A stretch of DNA of 64,000 nt from the IMG/VR virus record IMGVR_UViG_3300027659_000012. One strand, given 5' to 3'. The position numbers were made by a program, and so were the translations under genes. Each line of letters begins with the position of its first letter. Position 1 is the stretch's first letter. This DNA is from an uncultured virus (IMG/VR IMGVR_UViG_3300027659_000012). Its lineage: Duplodnaviria > Heunggongvirae > Uroviricota > Caudoviricetes. Of the stretch, positions 47,070 through 56,772 are shown in pieces. Below the pieces are notes generated by a model. That model saw only the letters and a list, made by a program, of their open reading frames with translations, was not told the origin of the DNA and did no database searches.

Positions 47070-47801
47070 TTATGCATCGCCTAATGCTTTTTGTGCCATG
47101 CGCTGGGTCTCAAGATGCTCGTCTTGTTTGTCGATGAATTTTTGAATCAGATGAAAGTGGCAAGAATAGACATGAAGGCTACCTACTTGCCAAGTGATAT
47201 CACCTGCGATCAGATCTCGACCAAGCTTTTGATTGTAATCGGCGACCAGCTTATCTAGCACAAATTTCTGCCAGGCATAGTCATTGCGATATCCGAAGAT
47301 GACATCATTCGAACGCATCTGCACGACGCAATGAATCTTGCCATCGCGAATCAGGTATTGAACCGCATTGGTGCAGATGAAGTCGCTCATACCACCTTTG
47401 CACCAATCAGTGTGCATAGTAGGACGAGTGTAGATAGTGACTGCTCGACGAGAATTTGGGCTGACCACTAACTCGTTGAGGACAGAGAGATATTGCCCAT
47501 GATTCTGCTTGCCAAAGACCAGATAGCCATAGTTTGAATTGATCACTCCATCCGGAGTAGCCACAGATTTCCAGATCTGAGGAACCTTGCCAGGAATATC
47601 ATTGACATTCAAAGATTCCGACAGGTACCAATCCAATTCGTGCTGGATATACTCATGATTGAGTTCACCGAAGATTGCCGGAGCATCAGCCAAAAAGCTG
47701 GCACCTACCAGCTCGATGGTGCTGGTACCGGTTTTATCCTCGATAAGATTGCCCGAGCGAAGTTCGGAGATGAAGTGTTGCTGAATATCTTTTGTTGTCA
47801 T
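47070..47801 (-). CDS. gp42: dCMP hydroxymethylase
   Basis: Colinear with recalled T4 gp42: DKTG..TIE..GASF, INSNYG, IYTRP.M, MSDFICTN, MRSNDV.FGYRNDYAWQ, GSLHVY. Confidence 0.92.
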   Translation of the reverse strand: MTTKDIQQHFISELRSGNLIEDKTGTSTIELVGASFLADAPAIFGELNHEYIQHELDWYLSESLNVNDIPGKVPQIWKSVATPDGVINSNYGYLVFGKQNHGQYLSVLNELVVSPNSRRAVTIYTRPTMHTDWCKGGMSDFICTNAVQYLIRDGKIHCVVQMRSNDVIFGYRNDYAWQKFVLDKLVADYNQKLGRDLIAGDITWQVGSLHVYSCHFHLIQKFIDKQDEHLETQRMAQKALGDA

Positions 47802-47803
47802 GA

Positions 47804-48130
47804 TCAGTGTGTGAAGATGTATTTGCGATTTTCGATGATGCCCTTCATGTAGAATTCATCCGAGCGATCCAGATTAGCATGAGCAGTTTTAGAGCCAATG
47901 AACAATACCTTGTGCTCGAGTTTTACTCTGCTGCCCTTTAGATATTCACTGCAATCATCGATGAACATCTTTGCGAGCTTGGATTCGGCGGAAATATCCC
48001 AGTTGATGTTGCCATCATCCTCGGCAACCACTTGACGCACGCGATCAAAGAGAAATTGTTGAAGTGGGCATTGTTGTTCTGGAGATTCTACCGAGAACAT
48101 GTATTTTAGGCGTTTAAGGATTGGTATCAT
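47804..48130 (-). CDS. Hypothetical protein
   Basis: Packed ORF with a promoter-like motif upstream. Confidence 0.5.
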   Translation of the reverse strand: MIPILKRLKYMFSVESPEQQCPLQQFLFDRVRQVVAEDDGNINWDISAESKLAKMFIDDCSEYLKGSRVKLEHKVLFIGSKTAHANLDRSDEFYMKGIIENRKYIFTH

Positions 48131-48170
48131 ATCGGTGTTATTCTACTATATCTGGAGAAAAAGTAAATGC

Positions 48171-48611
48171 TTATTTTCTAAATTGTTCGGCCTGAGACAG
48201 ACTTCTCATCTTTGTAGCGAGCTCATTCGAATTGACCTCATGAAGAAGGTTCATTTGCGAAATGGGCCAACCAAGCATATTCGTCATGGCATTCGTACGG
48301 TACCTGACGAAGTCTTTCCTCGACCCACATTCCCAGACCTTGATCTTTGGGGTCGAGTCATATTCTACGAAGATCAGACGATCGACGTTCATGCACTTAT
48401 CGCGATTGGTCTGCTTATCCGCCTGGATTGAGAAGACATTCATGCCAGGATGACGATTCTGGGTCTTGACCTCGATCTGACACCCGTTAGCGTCGATCAG
48501 ATCCTTGATGATGTCGAAGCGATCCTCAGAGATGATGGCATCTTCCAGATAGGCCACCAACTTTTCACCAATCTCTCCGAGCCGATGCTTGTTTGTAATT
48601 GGAGCACTCAA
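48171..48611 (-). CDS. PD-(D/E)xK nuclease-like protein
   Basis: GEIGEKLV..KDL..IEVKT. Confidence 0.55.
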   Translation of the reverse strand: MSAPITNKHRLGEIGEKLVAYLEDAIISEDRFDIIKDLIDANGCQIEVKTQNRHPGMNVFSIQADKQTNRDKCMNVDRLIFVEYDSTPKIKVWECGSRKDFVRYRTNAMTNMLGWPISQMNLLHEVNSNELATKMRSLSQAEQFRK

Positions 48612-48817
48612 TATATTATGTCATCACCGTTTGGATCGCCGAACTCTTCAAATTCACCAAACATTTCATCGATAGTTCGCGTATCAAATGTTTCATGCAT
48701 CATGATGGTCTTGAAGGCATGCTTCCAATCATCCACAGTAGAAAAACGATTCAGAGACAGTTGAATCTCTTTATCGTCAAAGGTGTTGTTGACAGTGATT
48801 TTAATTTTATGATTCAT
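48608..48817 (-). CDS. Hypothetical protein
   Basis: Packed ORF. Confidence 0.5.
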   Translation of the reverse strand: MNHKIKITVNNTFDDKEIQLSLNRFSTVDDWKHAFKTIMMHETFDTRTIDEMFGEFEEFGDPNGDDIIY

Positions 48818-48818
48818 A

Positions 48819-49064
48819 TTAGGATTTATAGTTTTGAATTTCTACCAGATAGTCTACCAGATCAGCGATCTTTTCATCATCAAGAATAACCATATCAGCA
48901 TAAGGTTTGCCCTTTAAGCATTGCCAGGCAAGAATGAGACGATTTTTGAATGAACGATTTTGCGGATCGGTTTTAAAGAATGAAATTTCTGTACCAAATC
49001 CCGGTTCATGTTCGATCCACATGCCCTCTGACTCACAGTCGCATTTGAAGAATTGACCTTTCAT
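48819..49064 (-). CDS. Hypothetical protein
   Basis: Packed ORF. Confidence 0.5.
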   Translation of the reverse strand: MKGQFFKCDCESEGMWIEHEPGFGTEISFFKTDPQNRSFKNRLILAWQCLKGKPYADMVILDDEKIADLVDYLVEIQNYKS

Positions 49065-49149
49065 AGTTTTCCTTTATAGTTTAAAAATGTTACACATAAT
49101 ACACTGCAGATCATTACGACAGCTGCACAGATGATGGGGATGTCTTCGA

Positions 49150-49542
49150 TCATTTTAGTAAGGCTTCGGTGATTCGTTGTGCATTCTCTTGAATCGATGG
49201 ATATTCAAGAGAACTAAATTCTTTTCCGTGTTTCGCAATAAATGCTTTCCAATCCGCAAGAGCTTCAGGCGAAATAGGATTCTGTGATGGTCGAGCTTCA
49301 GAGGCTTCACGAATAATGTCCATGAGTTGATCTTCTTTTTCTCTCGCAGCAGCAGTAATTTCTGCCTTATGAGGATGCACTTGTTGACGAATTGAAGTAG
49401 ATCCAGCAGCAACTCTTACAAGCCACCAACCTTCACGCAATCCGCCATAGGCCCAAGGATCATTATCCTGAACATATTTTCGACCAACTTTCTTATAGCG
49501 GATTTCATTCATTTTTTCGTATGCTCTTGTTTCTGCGTTCAT
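49150..49542 (-). CDS. Hypothetical protein
   Basis: YKKVGRKY motif. Confidence 0.55.
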   Translation of the reverse strand: MNAETRAYEKMNEIRYKKVGRKYVQDNDPWAYGGLREGWWLVRVAAGSTSIRQQVHPHKAEITAAAREKEDQLMDIIREASEARPSQNPISPEALADWKAFIAKHGKEFSSLEYPSIQENAQRITEALLK

Positions 49543-49568
49543 ATCTTATATTTTTATCAGTGTTACTT

Positions 49569-50081
49569 TTACGGATACATTTTACTGTGTTTGTCGGCAT
49601 TGTCAAGAAGTTTTTTTGTCTTCTCGTTTTGAAGTTGCACCATCACTTTAAATTTTCGCAACTGTTCTGCCGGTGGTTGCAGAGATTCCCATGATGCTGG
49701 AATTGCTTCACCCAAAGAATATGCCGCTTCTCTCCAGCCATCACGTTCTTCAATCAACTCAGCTACAAGTTTAGCGCGTTCTTTCAAGTCAGGACGATCA
49801 CTAACGATTTTCTTTAGTTTCACTTGATTGTCATGAGAAGCTTTCCAGCTATTACATTCACGTTCAAGTTTTAAGTTTGCCGCTTCAGCTTCAAGCATAT
49901 TTTGCTCGCAGATGTTAGATACTCGTTCATATTGCCGAGCTAGAGCATTTGCTGCATCCCGCTCTTCTTTAAGCATTCCAATTTCTGCTCTGGATTTCAC
50001 GCTATCAACAATAAGACATATCATGCCAATCGTGCAAACGATACCTGCAAAGGCAAAAAAGATAATGTCTGCTTTGTTCAT
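49569..50081 (-). CDS. Membrane-anchored coiled-coil protein
   Basis: N-terminal TM helix followed by heptads. Confidence 0.55.
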   Translation of the reverse strand: MNKADIIFFAFAGIVCTIGMICLIVDSVKSRAEIGMLKEERDAANALARQYERVSNICEQNMLEAEAANLKLERECNSWKASHDNQVKLKKIVSDRPDLKERAKLVAELIEERDGWREAAYSLGEAIPASWESLQPPAEQLRKFKVMVQLQNEKTKKLLDNADKHSKMYP

Positions 50082-50101
50082 AAGTTAGTGGTTAGTAAAA
50101 G

Positions 50102-50311
50102 TTAGGCATACATGAGGAACATGCGATCTTGCAGTTCGGCCGCATAACCACGAGCGATGCGGGCAATGGTGTCATCGGCAATGTTATGTTCGATCAAAAT
50201 GTTAATGGCTTCGACAAACTCATGAAGCATCTCGATTGGAGGGATAGAGCTAAGATCCATGCGAGTGATGGCTTTGAATTCGGTGGCGAGGTAGTCAATT
50301 GGTGTTTTCAT
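50102..50311 (-). CDS. Hypothetical early protein
   Basis: First ORF after the promoter at 50341-50368. Confidence 0.6.
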   Translation of the reverse strand: MKTPIDYLATEFKAITRMDLSSIPPIEMLHEFVEAINILIEHNIADDTIARIARGYAAELQDRMFLMYA

Positions 50312-50438
50312 AATGTAGAGGAGAGGTTGCTTACGAGGTTATTCTACCATATCTGGGGCTAATGTACACATCTTTTTACGTAGAAAGTGAATTATTTTCA
50401 CTTGCTCCCATAACTCGTTTGGTATAAATACTTGTACC

Positions 50439-50792
50439 ATGAAACTCAGCTACATCTTTACCGTCCAAAACCAACTCCAGACCGACCACTGGCAGACAAA
50501 AAGCTTTGCCGAACACAAAGCTCTCTCCACTGCCTATGAAGGCCTCGGTGGACTCTTTGACAGCTTTATCGAGACCTACTTCGGCAAGAACGGTATCGAT
50601 GCAGCTCCTACGGCTTGCACTGCGATCACTCATTCCTATAAGGGTGACTTGATTGGTCAATACACCAACACACGCGACGTGGTTGATGCATATCTCGGCG
50701 AATGCACCGGTGGCAGCTCGGACCTTGAAAACATTCGCGCCGATATCAAGGGTGAATTCAATCAACTCTTGTATCGCCTTCAACAGAAGTAA
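50439..50792 (+). CDS. Ferritin/Dps-like four-helix protein
   Basis: HWQT.SFAEHKAL..YE..D.FIETY; TATAAATA at 50423-50430. Confidence 0.7.
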   Translation: MKLSYIFTVQNQLQTDHWQTKSFAEHKALSTAYEGLGGLFDSFIETYFGKNGIDAAPTACTAITHSYKGDLIGQYTNTRDVVDAYLGECTGGSSDLENIRADIKGEFNQLLYRLQQK

Positions 50793-51482
50793 TCAACGAT
50801 GCTCGCTGATCTCAAGTTCAGCTAAGATCCTTCCACGGCATCCATTGCGCTCGGCAAGATAGTGCTGATGGAAGTGTCCACAATAGAGGCGACTGGGTTT
50901 TGATAGCTCCACTATCTTGCCTATGTCGTCTCTTTCTTTTGTGCAGTCGCGCCAGAGATATTCATCCTTGTCACACCAGCCGATGATGCCTTGCTTGTCG
51001 AAAGGACCCAACCAGGTCGGGGCAGAATGTGTGATGAGCACGTCACATTCGACGGCGAACTCCGGACGAAGGACGAACGGCTCATCCTCCCAATAAGCAA
51101 CCAAAGGTTGCCGTATTCGGCGATCGATAGAGATTGCGCCGCCTACGAATAGAAACTTTTCTCCGTTTATAAATTCGACATGGTAATCCGGAATCAGACG
51201 AAGGTTAGACCACTCGTGAATCTCATCATTGAAGAAGCCAGGGTCGTCATGATTTCCCCGAATCGAGAGGAACTGGATATCGCGCTTCGAGAAAAACTCA
51301 TTGGCAATTTCAAGGCAACGCATCTCCTTGGAGTAGCTGTCCTTAAAGCCGATGCCTAAATCTCCGACGCAGATCAGGTAACAGCCAGAGATTTCGGCGG
51401 TATTGATTCTGCGAAACATGGCATCCCAATTGCCATGCACATCTCCGAGCATATAGACTGGTTTATTCAAGGAATTCTGCAT
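50793..51482 (-). CDS. Metallophosphoesterase
   Basis: GDVHG, VGDLG, RGNHD, THSAP, GHFH. Confidence 0.85.
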   Translation of the reverse strand: MQNSLNKPVYMLGDVHGNWDAMFRRINTAEISGCYLICVGDLGIGFKDSYSKEMRCLEIANEFFSKRDIQFLSIRGNHDDPGFFNDEIHEWSNLRLIPDYHVEFINGEKFLFVGGAISIDRRIRQPLVAYWEDEPFVLRPEFAVECDVLITHSAPTWLGPFDKQGIIGWCDKDEYLWRDCTKERDDIGKIVELSKPSRLYCGHFHQHYLAERNGCRGRILAELEISEHR

Positions 51483-51852
51483 AGTGTACTGTGTTTTTTG
51501 AACGACCTCTTTGTTTTTCTGCCAGTTGAGCGATAGTTAATGGATCATCAATGTATGCGCGAGTGCGATAGCTGCCCATAAAATCATATACCCAAAGTTG
51601 GTTCTTACCGATAGGATACATAAACGCTACAACAGCGTGTCCTTTCGCTTTACCATCTACATCATCAGTATATCCATACACTACTACCTTACTCCACTTA
51701 CATTTAGATTCTTTAAGACCTTCACGAAAAGCAATTGCAGTGGGAAGACAATCATTAGCGCCCTGCCACTCCATCCACTTTTGCGGATTGCTTGGTAGTG
51801 TACTACACGAGGCATGGATAAGAGCAACTAATGATAGTAGTAATTTTTTCAT
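51463..51852 (-). CDS. Putative lipoprotein with Cys-His (transglutaminase/papain-like) motif
   Basis: Signal peptide ending ASC; NDCLP..GHAV..WVYD. Confidence 0.45.
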   Translation of the reverse strand: MKKLLLSLVALIHASCSTLPSNPQKWMEWQGANDCLPTAIAFREGLKESKCKWSKVVVYGYTDDVDGKAKGHAVVAFMYPIGKNQLWVYDFMGSYRTRAYIDDPLTIAQLAEKQRGRSKNTVHYAEFLE

Positions 51853-51868
51853 TGCTATATTTAAAATA

Positions 51869-52429
51869 TTATGTCCAAAGATATTTACGATTCTTAATAA
51901 TAATCTCCATTGTAAGAGTATCAGTGTCTTCTATTTGTTTATTTATGCGTATATTTTCCGCATATGCCTCTGCAAAAGACATACCATATCTCTCTTCACA
52001 AGAAAGCATACGTTTAAGACCACTGCCATCTTCAGACGGCACAAGCCATTCTGAATGAGGCTTTATTGGCGTAGGATGCGATTCATCTTCTTGCTTTTCC
52101 AATTTGGGACGTTCATTCTTAATGTAGTGATAAGCGGTCCAAAGTTGATTTCTGACTTCAGAACGTTCATTCTTGTATTCTTCGCTAATATATCCTTTTG
52201 CAAGATCATCAGCATAAAGCTCGTCACTCCAGATAGAATCTAACCCCTTCTCAACTTCAATAAAATGAACTAATATCTCAAATAAAACAATATCAATTAA
52301 TCCATATGAGTCATAGTAATTATTGCCTATTTTTTTGAATAGCCATTTACTTTTAGGAAAGAAATAGTCGCGGATATTCCATTTTAATTCGCGCCAAAAA
52401 TATCGATGAGTAAGTAGTTTGACTTTCAT
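51869..52429 (-). CDS. Hypothetical protein
   Basis: ORF ending IKNRKYLWT. Confidence 0.6.
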   Translation of the reverse strand: MKVKLLTHRYFWRELKWNIRDYFFPKSKWLFKKIGNNYYDSYGLIDIVLFEILVHFIEVEKGLDSIWSDELYADDLAKGYISEEYKNERSEVRNQLWTAYHYIKNERPKLEKQEDESHPTPIKPHSEWLVPSEDGSGLKRMLSCEERYGMSFAEAYAENIRINKQIEDTDTLTMEIIIKNRKYLWT

Positions 52430-52432
52430 AAT

Positions 52433-52645
52433 TTAATGTATACATATTGCTTGACAATCAAATGGATCAGAGTCGACATGAACAATTTCGTGTTTACCAT
52501 AATACCATTCGGTATATACGTCAAGTTTAATTTTTAAGTCAACCGCATCTTTTGCTTCATCGACACCACCTTCATAGCCACCAATGATAACCATAAGCTC
52601 AGGATCGTAAGACTGTAGTTTTTCAATCAACTGTTTGACTTTCAT
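52433..52645 (-). CDS. Hypothetical protein, paralog of 6060..6272
   Basis: Shared motifs. Confidence 0.7.
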   Translation of the reverse strand: MKVKQLIEKLQSYDPELMVIIGGYEGGVDEAKDAVDLKIKLDVYTEWYYGKHEIVHVDSDPFDCQAICIH

Positions 52646-53634
52646 AAGTTAGCTTTACAATGTTCTTCGTGATGATAGTCCCAATATTCTCCGCAATCAG
52701 GGAAACACATTAAAGGATTTACTTTGTCAGGAAAAACTTTGTTGAGCAGCTTGCTATCGATCACCGCTTGCAAATCCTCAATCTTCATCTTGAGTGCAAG
52801 ATTCTCTTCGATCAGCAACTCAGGTTGATACTCATCGTCAGCCAACTGACCTAGCGCTTGTTGTGCGATCAGTTTGCAGGTCTCAGATTTGCGTGGACGT
52901 TTGACGATTTCTTCCAAAGCGGCTTTGTACTGGTCTCGTTCACTTTCAATACTTGTGATGTCCTTTGCTGATTTGGATTTCAACAAATAATTCAACATCT
53001 GAGCAGGTTTAAGATCTTTCTTTACTCCAAAACCAGCATAGTATTCATAGCATGTTTTGATCTCTTCTTGGAGTGCTTCAAGATCTTCTCTATCTCCCCA
53101 AGCCTCAATCTTAGCCTTATCAGCTATAGCAATTAATAAAGCGATATTATCAAGGATGTAACCAGCATCAGGATGATCAAAGAAGTTGGGCATTGATTGA
53201 GAAATCAATTCATTGGCTTCATCTTGTTGACTTTCAAGTAGAGCATGTTCTCTAACATAATACTTAACACGATCAGGAATGTTCTCATATGTATGAGTAG
53301 TGATATTGCTTACAGGAAGTTCAAAGAGAATTTTATCAAGAATTTCTTGTTGCCTTTTGACAGCAAAAGACTTTACATCACCAGTCTTTATGTAACAATC
53401 AAGTTCGTTTCGAAGTTTCTCATTCTCTTCTGTGAGTCTTTTAATATTAAATCTATCACCATTGACAGTCGCCTGTAATGCATTAATTTCTCTTTGATAC
53501 CAAAGGCAGTCTCCTTCATATTGATCGATAGTTTTTGTCATAGTAGATTCGGTTGGTTGTTTTTCAAAGCAGGTCATACACGTATCATATATTTCAGTGA
53601 AGAGTGTGTCATTGCAGTGTTTACAGTGTTTCAT
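52642..53634 (-). CDS. Mosaic coiled-coil hypothetical protein
   Basis: Its N-terminal segment is duplicated inside 53734..55038. Confidence 0.6.
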   Translation of the reverse strand: MKHCKHCNDTLFTEIYDTCMTCFEKQPTESTMTKTIDQYEGDCLWYQREINALQATVNGDRFNIKRLTEENEKLRNELDCYIKTGDVKSFAVKRQQEILDKILFELPVSNITTHTYENIPDRVKYYVREHALLESQQDEANELISQSMPNFFDHPDAGYILDNIALLIAIADKAKIEAWGDREDLEALQEEIKTCYEYYAGFGVKKDLKPAQMLNYLLKSKSAKDITSIESERDQYKAALEEIVKRPRKSETCKLIAQQALGQLADDEYQPELLIEENLALKMKIEDLQAVIDSKLLNKVFPDKVNPLMCFPDCGEYWDYHHEEHCKANL

Positions 53635-53733
53635 AATTTAAACCAAGTAATAGTAAGTGTTTTAAGTAAAAGATAGCAGATAATTGGTCCTACAACCAAT
53701 CCTGCAATGAATGAAATAATTAGTGATAACATA

Positions 53734-55038
53734 TTATTGTATCGGTGTTCCCTTTATTTTTTCTTTCTCATTTAAAATAATATACTTTCTTAAAGTACGA
53801 ATTTCTCTAATTAAATCTGATAGCATATTATAAGGTTTATCTTTCCATCTATGCCCATCACTTGCAAATGGTTCATCACCGCACACATTATTCCAAAACG
53901 CTTGACGAACCAATGACGGAATATCAATGGGATAAGCGATGATGTGTTTGATACCTTCTGCCATTTCATCATCACGTTTATGATTTTCAAGATTGCCTAC
54001 AGGAAGTTCAAAGAGAGTCTTACCGGGAATACCTTTTAGTTTGCCCATTTTTATGATATGTTGAGATTCTCTTTTATAAAGATCATCTAAATCTTCACTC
54101 ATATGACGATTAGACATTTTCAGGCTTTTAATTTCTTTTTGATAGTCTTCGATAGTTTTTGTCATAGTAGATTCGGTTGGTTGTTTTTCAAAGCAGGTCA
54201 TACATGTATCATATACTTCAGTGAAAAGGGTGTCGTTCATGGTTTCAGTTTTGGTTGGATTTGTCAGCGCGTTGAACTCCGCCTCGGTCAGATACTCACC
54301 ATTGATATACCATGCTTCGTAGCCGTCCGAATGTGCGACAGCAGGGCCGTCTGGGTTGTGGAGCTTGCCGTTGATATAGTGCGCTTCATAGCCGGCCGGA
54401 CCTGTGACGGCAGGGCCGTCTGTCCGGTGGATTTTGCCGTTGATATACCATGCTTCGTAGCCGCTCGCAAATATGGCAGCAGGGCCGTCTAGCCGGTGCA
54501 AGATGGTCATATCCCTGTCGGGATAATAACGGGTGTTGCCGTTTTCGATTTGGATATATTGTATTTCCATGGTTTGGTTTGGTTGGGGATTTGTGAGCGC
54601 GTTGAACTCAGCTTCGGTCAGTTCTTCGCCCTGTATACACCATTCGTTGCAGCCGTTCGCCCGTGTGACAGCAGGGCCGTTTGGATTGTGGAGTTCGCCG
54701 TTGATCCACCACGCTTCGTAGCCGTTCGCCCGTGTGACAGCAGGGCCGTTAGGGTTGTGGAGTTTGTTGTTGATATACCATGCTTCGTAGCCGTCCGGAC
54801 CCGTGACAGCAGGGCCGTTAGGGTTGTGGAGTTCGTTGTTGATATACCATTGTTTGCTGCCGTTTGTCTCTGTGACAGCAGGGCCATTTGGGTTGTGGAG
54901 TTTCCCGTTGATATACCACGCTTCGTAGCCATCCAAACTTATTACGGCAGGACCGTCGAGCCGGTGGTAGATGGCCATCGCCTTGTCGGAATAATAGCAA
55001 GTAAAGCCGTCTCCGCATAGGATGTATTGTGTTGTCAT
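53734..55038 (-). CDS. H(R/N)xxGPA-repeat protein, mosaic
   Basis: Tandem ~22-aa LHNPNGPAV..GYEAWYING repeats. Confidence 0.7.
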   Translation of the reverse strand: MTTQYILCGDGFTCYYSDKAMAIYHRLDGPAVISLDGYEAWYINGKLHNPNGPAVTETNGSKQWYINNELHNPNGPAVTGPDGYEAWYINNKLHNPNGPAVTRANGYEAWWINGELHNPNGPAVTRANGCNEWCIQGEELTEAEFNALTNPQPNQTMEIQYIQIENGNTRYYPDRDMTILHRLDGPAAIFASGYEAWYINGKIHRTDGPAVTGPAGYEAHYINGKLHNPDGPAVAHSDGYEAWYINGEYLTEAEFNALTNPTKTETMNDTLFTEVYDTCMTCFEKQPTESTMTKTIEDYQKEIKSLKMSNRHMSEDLDDLYKRESQHIIKMGKLKGIPGKTLFELPVGNLENHKRDDEMAEGIKHIIAYPIDIPSLVRQAFWNNVCGDEPFASDGHRWKDKPYNMLSDLIREIRTLRKYIILNEKEKIKGTPIQ

Positions 55039-55102
55039 GGTTTCGTTTTGTTGTTGGCTGTTAGGTGAGTCTTGTGCCCCGGCGGTGCCAGCGCACGAGC
55101 GT

Positions 55103-55867
55103 TCATCCGAGGATGTTGCCGATTCGATCCCATATGGTTGGACGTTCGATTTTCGCGGGTCTGCGGCTTAGCCATTCCTTTTCGGTTTCCCACCCGTAGT
55201 CGTGTTTAACCAGTCCGTTGAGACTGCGGCTGATTCTCATTATTTGGTAATCGAATCCGAATCCACATTTTACGACGTAATATCCCTTCTCGCAAAGAGG
55301 CGAACAAGGCGCGGATGGACAATCCGCCTTCAGTGTAAGCGCGTTGAACTCCGCTTCGGACAGTTCTTTGCCGTTGATAACCCATGATTTGTAGCCGTCG
55401 GGCCACGTGACGGCAGGACCGTCTGGATTGTGGAGGAGTCCGTTGATATAGTGTGCCGTGTAGCCGTTCGGACCTATGGCAGCAGGGCCGTCTAGCCGGT
55501 GCAAGATGGTCATATCCCTGTCGGAATAATAATAGGTGTTGCCGTTATCGTTTTGGACATATTGTATTTCCATGGGTTGGTTTGGTTGGGGATTTGTGAG
55601 CGCGTCAAACTCCTCCTCGGTCAGTTCTTTGCCGTTGATCCACCATTGTTTGTAGCCGTTCGGATATGTGACCGCAGGGCCGTCTGGGTTGTGGCGTTCG
55701 CCGTTGATCCACCAAAATTTGGAGCCATGGTTCCCTATGATTGCAGGACCGTCTGCCCTGTGGGTGATCGTCATCGCCTTGTCGGCAAAATAGTAGGTAT
55801 TTCCGTCGGCGTGTTTGATATATTGTGTCTTCATGGTTTCAGTTTTGGGTTGGGTGGTTGGTGTCAT
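55103..55867 (-). CDS. H(R/N)xxGPA-repeat protein
   Basis: Same repeat family. Confidence 0.7.
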   Translation of the reverse strand: MTPTTQPKTETMKTQYIKHADGNTYYFADKAMTITHRADGPAIIGNHGSKFWWINGERHNPDGPAVTYPNGYKQWWINGKELTEEEFDALTNPQPNQPMEIQYVQNDNGNTYYYSDRDMTILHRLDGPAAIGPNGYTAHYINGLLHNPDGPAVTWPDGYKSWVINGKELSEAEFNALTLKADCPSAPCSPLCEKGYYVVKCGFGFDYQIMRISRSLNGLVKHDYGWETEKEWLSRRPAKIERPTIWDRIGNILG

Positions 55868-56115
55868 AGTGAAAAGCGCAAACGCTTCCACCACGGACGG
55901 CGGACTGTCTCACGAAAGTCTGTGGTGATCCGATGCCATCTGCGCGAATGCTCGTTCGCCGAGTGAAGGTCCTCATACTCGTATGAGACGCGCCACCGCC
56001 CCCATTGCGAGGGTGCCTCGACAGGGTTGGATAGGTATCGCCCACCGCAGGCTTTTAGTATCTCATCAAACTGTCCGAGTTTACCATCAGGTATTGGTTC
56101 GTTGTAGCATTTCAT
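55864..56115 (-). CDS. Hypothetical protein
   Basis: Start and stop overlap those of its neighbours. Confidence 0.5.
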   Translation of the reverse strand: MKCYNEPIPDGKLGQFDEILKACGGRYLSNPVEAPSQWGRWRVSYEYEDLHSANEHSRRWHRITTDFRETVRRPWWKRLRFSL

Positions 56116-56456
56116 TTCTTATTAGGTTGCTTAGGATTTGTGCGTGCGTTGAACTCCTCTTCGGTCAGTTGCTTGCCGTTAATATACCATGATTTGCTGC
56201 CGTCAGAATATATGACAGCAGGGCCGTCTGGGTTGTGGCGTTCGCCGTTGATATAGTGCGCTTCATAGCCGTCCGGACCTATGACAGCGGGGCCGACCAG
56301 GCGGTGGAGTTCGCCGACGATATAGTATGCTTTGCGGCCGCTCGCAAATATGGCATCATCGAGTTGTCGCTGAAGTTCGGCGATTTGCCTTTTAAGATCG
56401 GCGATGTGATCGCTGCTCTTGATTCGCTTGGCATCTGGATTTCCTTTGTAAGGCAT
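56112..56456 (-). CDS. H(R/N)xxGPA-repeat protein
   Basis: Same repeat family; likely start MPYKG. Confidence 0.65.
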   Translation of the reverse strand: MPYKGNPDAKRIKSSDHIADLKRQIAELQRQLDDAIFASGRKAYYIVGELHRLVGPAVIGPDGYEAHYINGERHNPDGPAVIYSDGSKSWYINGKQLTEEEFNARTNPKQPNKK

Positions 56457-56457
56457 A

Positions 56458-56772
56458 TTATTTTTTATATTTGTCACGCTGTTCTTCGAGCCATGATTTG
56501 GGTCTGCCTGACCAGTCGAAAGACCAGAGATTGAAGAAAGGCAAATCTCTTTCGATATCATAAACCTCTAGCTCTTCGAGCCAGACAAATGAAGAAGAGG
56601 AGTTCAATTGGGTCTTGCGAACCGTATACTCTTTGCCTACCTCGAGCAGCCGCTGATCCTCGACCACGTTGGTGAACCAGTGAATCGTCAAGGGTTCATT
56701 GAAGACGACCTTCTGGCCATCCTCAGGAAATCCCATTTCTTTTTTACCGTCAACTGTATCGTGGATGCTCAT
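56458..56772 (-). CDS. Hypothetical protein
   Basis: LEVGKEYTV motif. Confidence 0.55.
   Translation of the reverse strand: MSIHDTVDGKKEMGFPEDGQKVVFNEPLTIHWFTNVVEDQRLLEVGKEYTVRKTQLNSSSSFVWLEELEVYDIERDLPFFNLWSFDWSGRPKSWLEEQRDKYKK

Noticed and set aside
53734..56456. Diversity-generating retroelement (TR/VR pair)
   Set aside because: Differences between the near-duplicate segments are not limited to adenines (for example CGT/TAT and CCC/TCC), and there is no reverse transcriptase in the window
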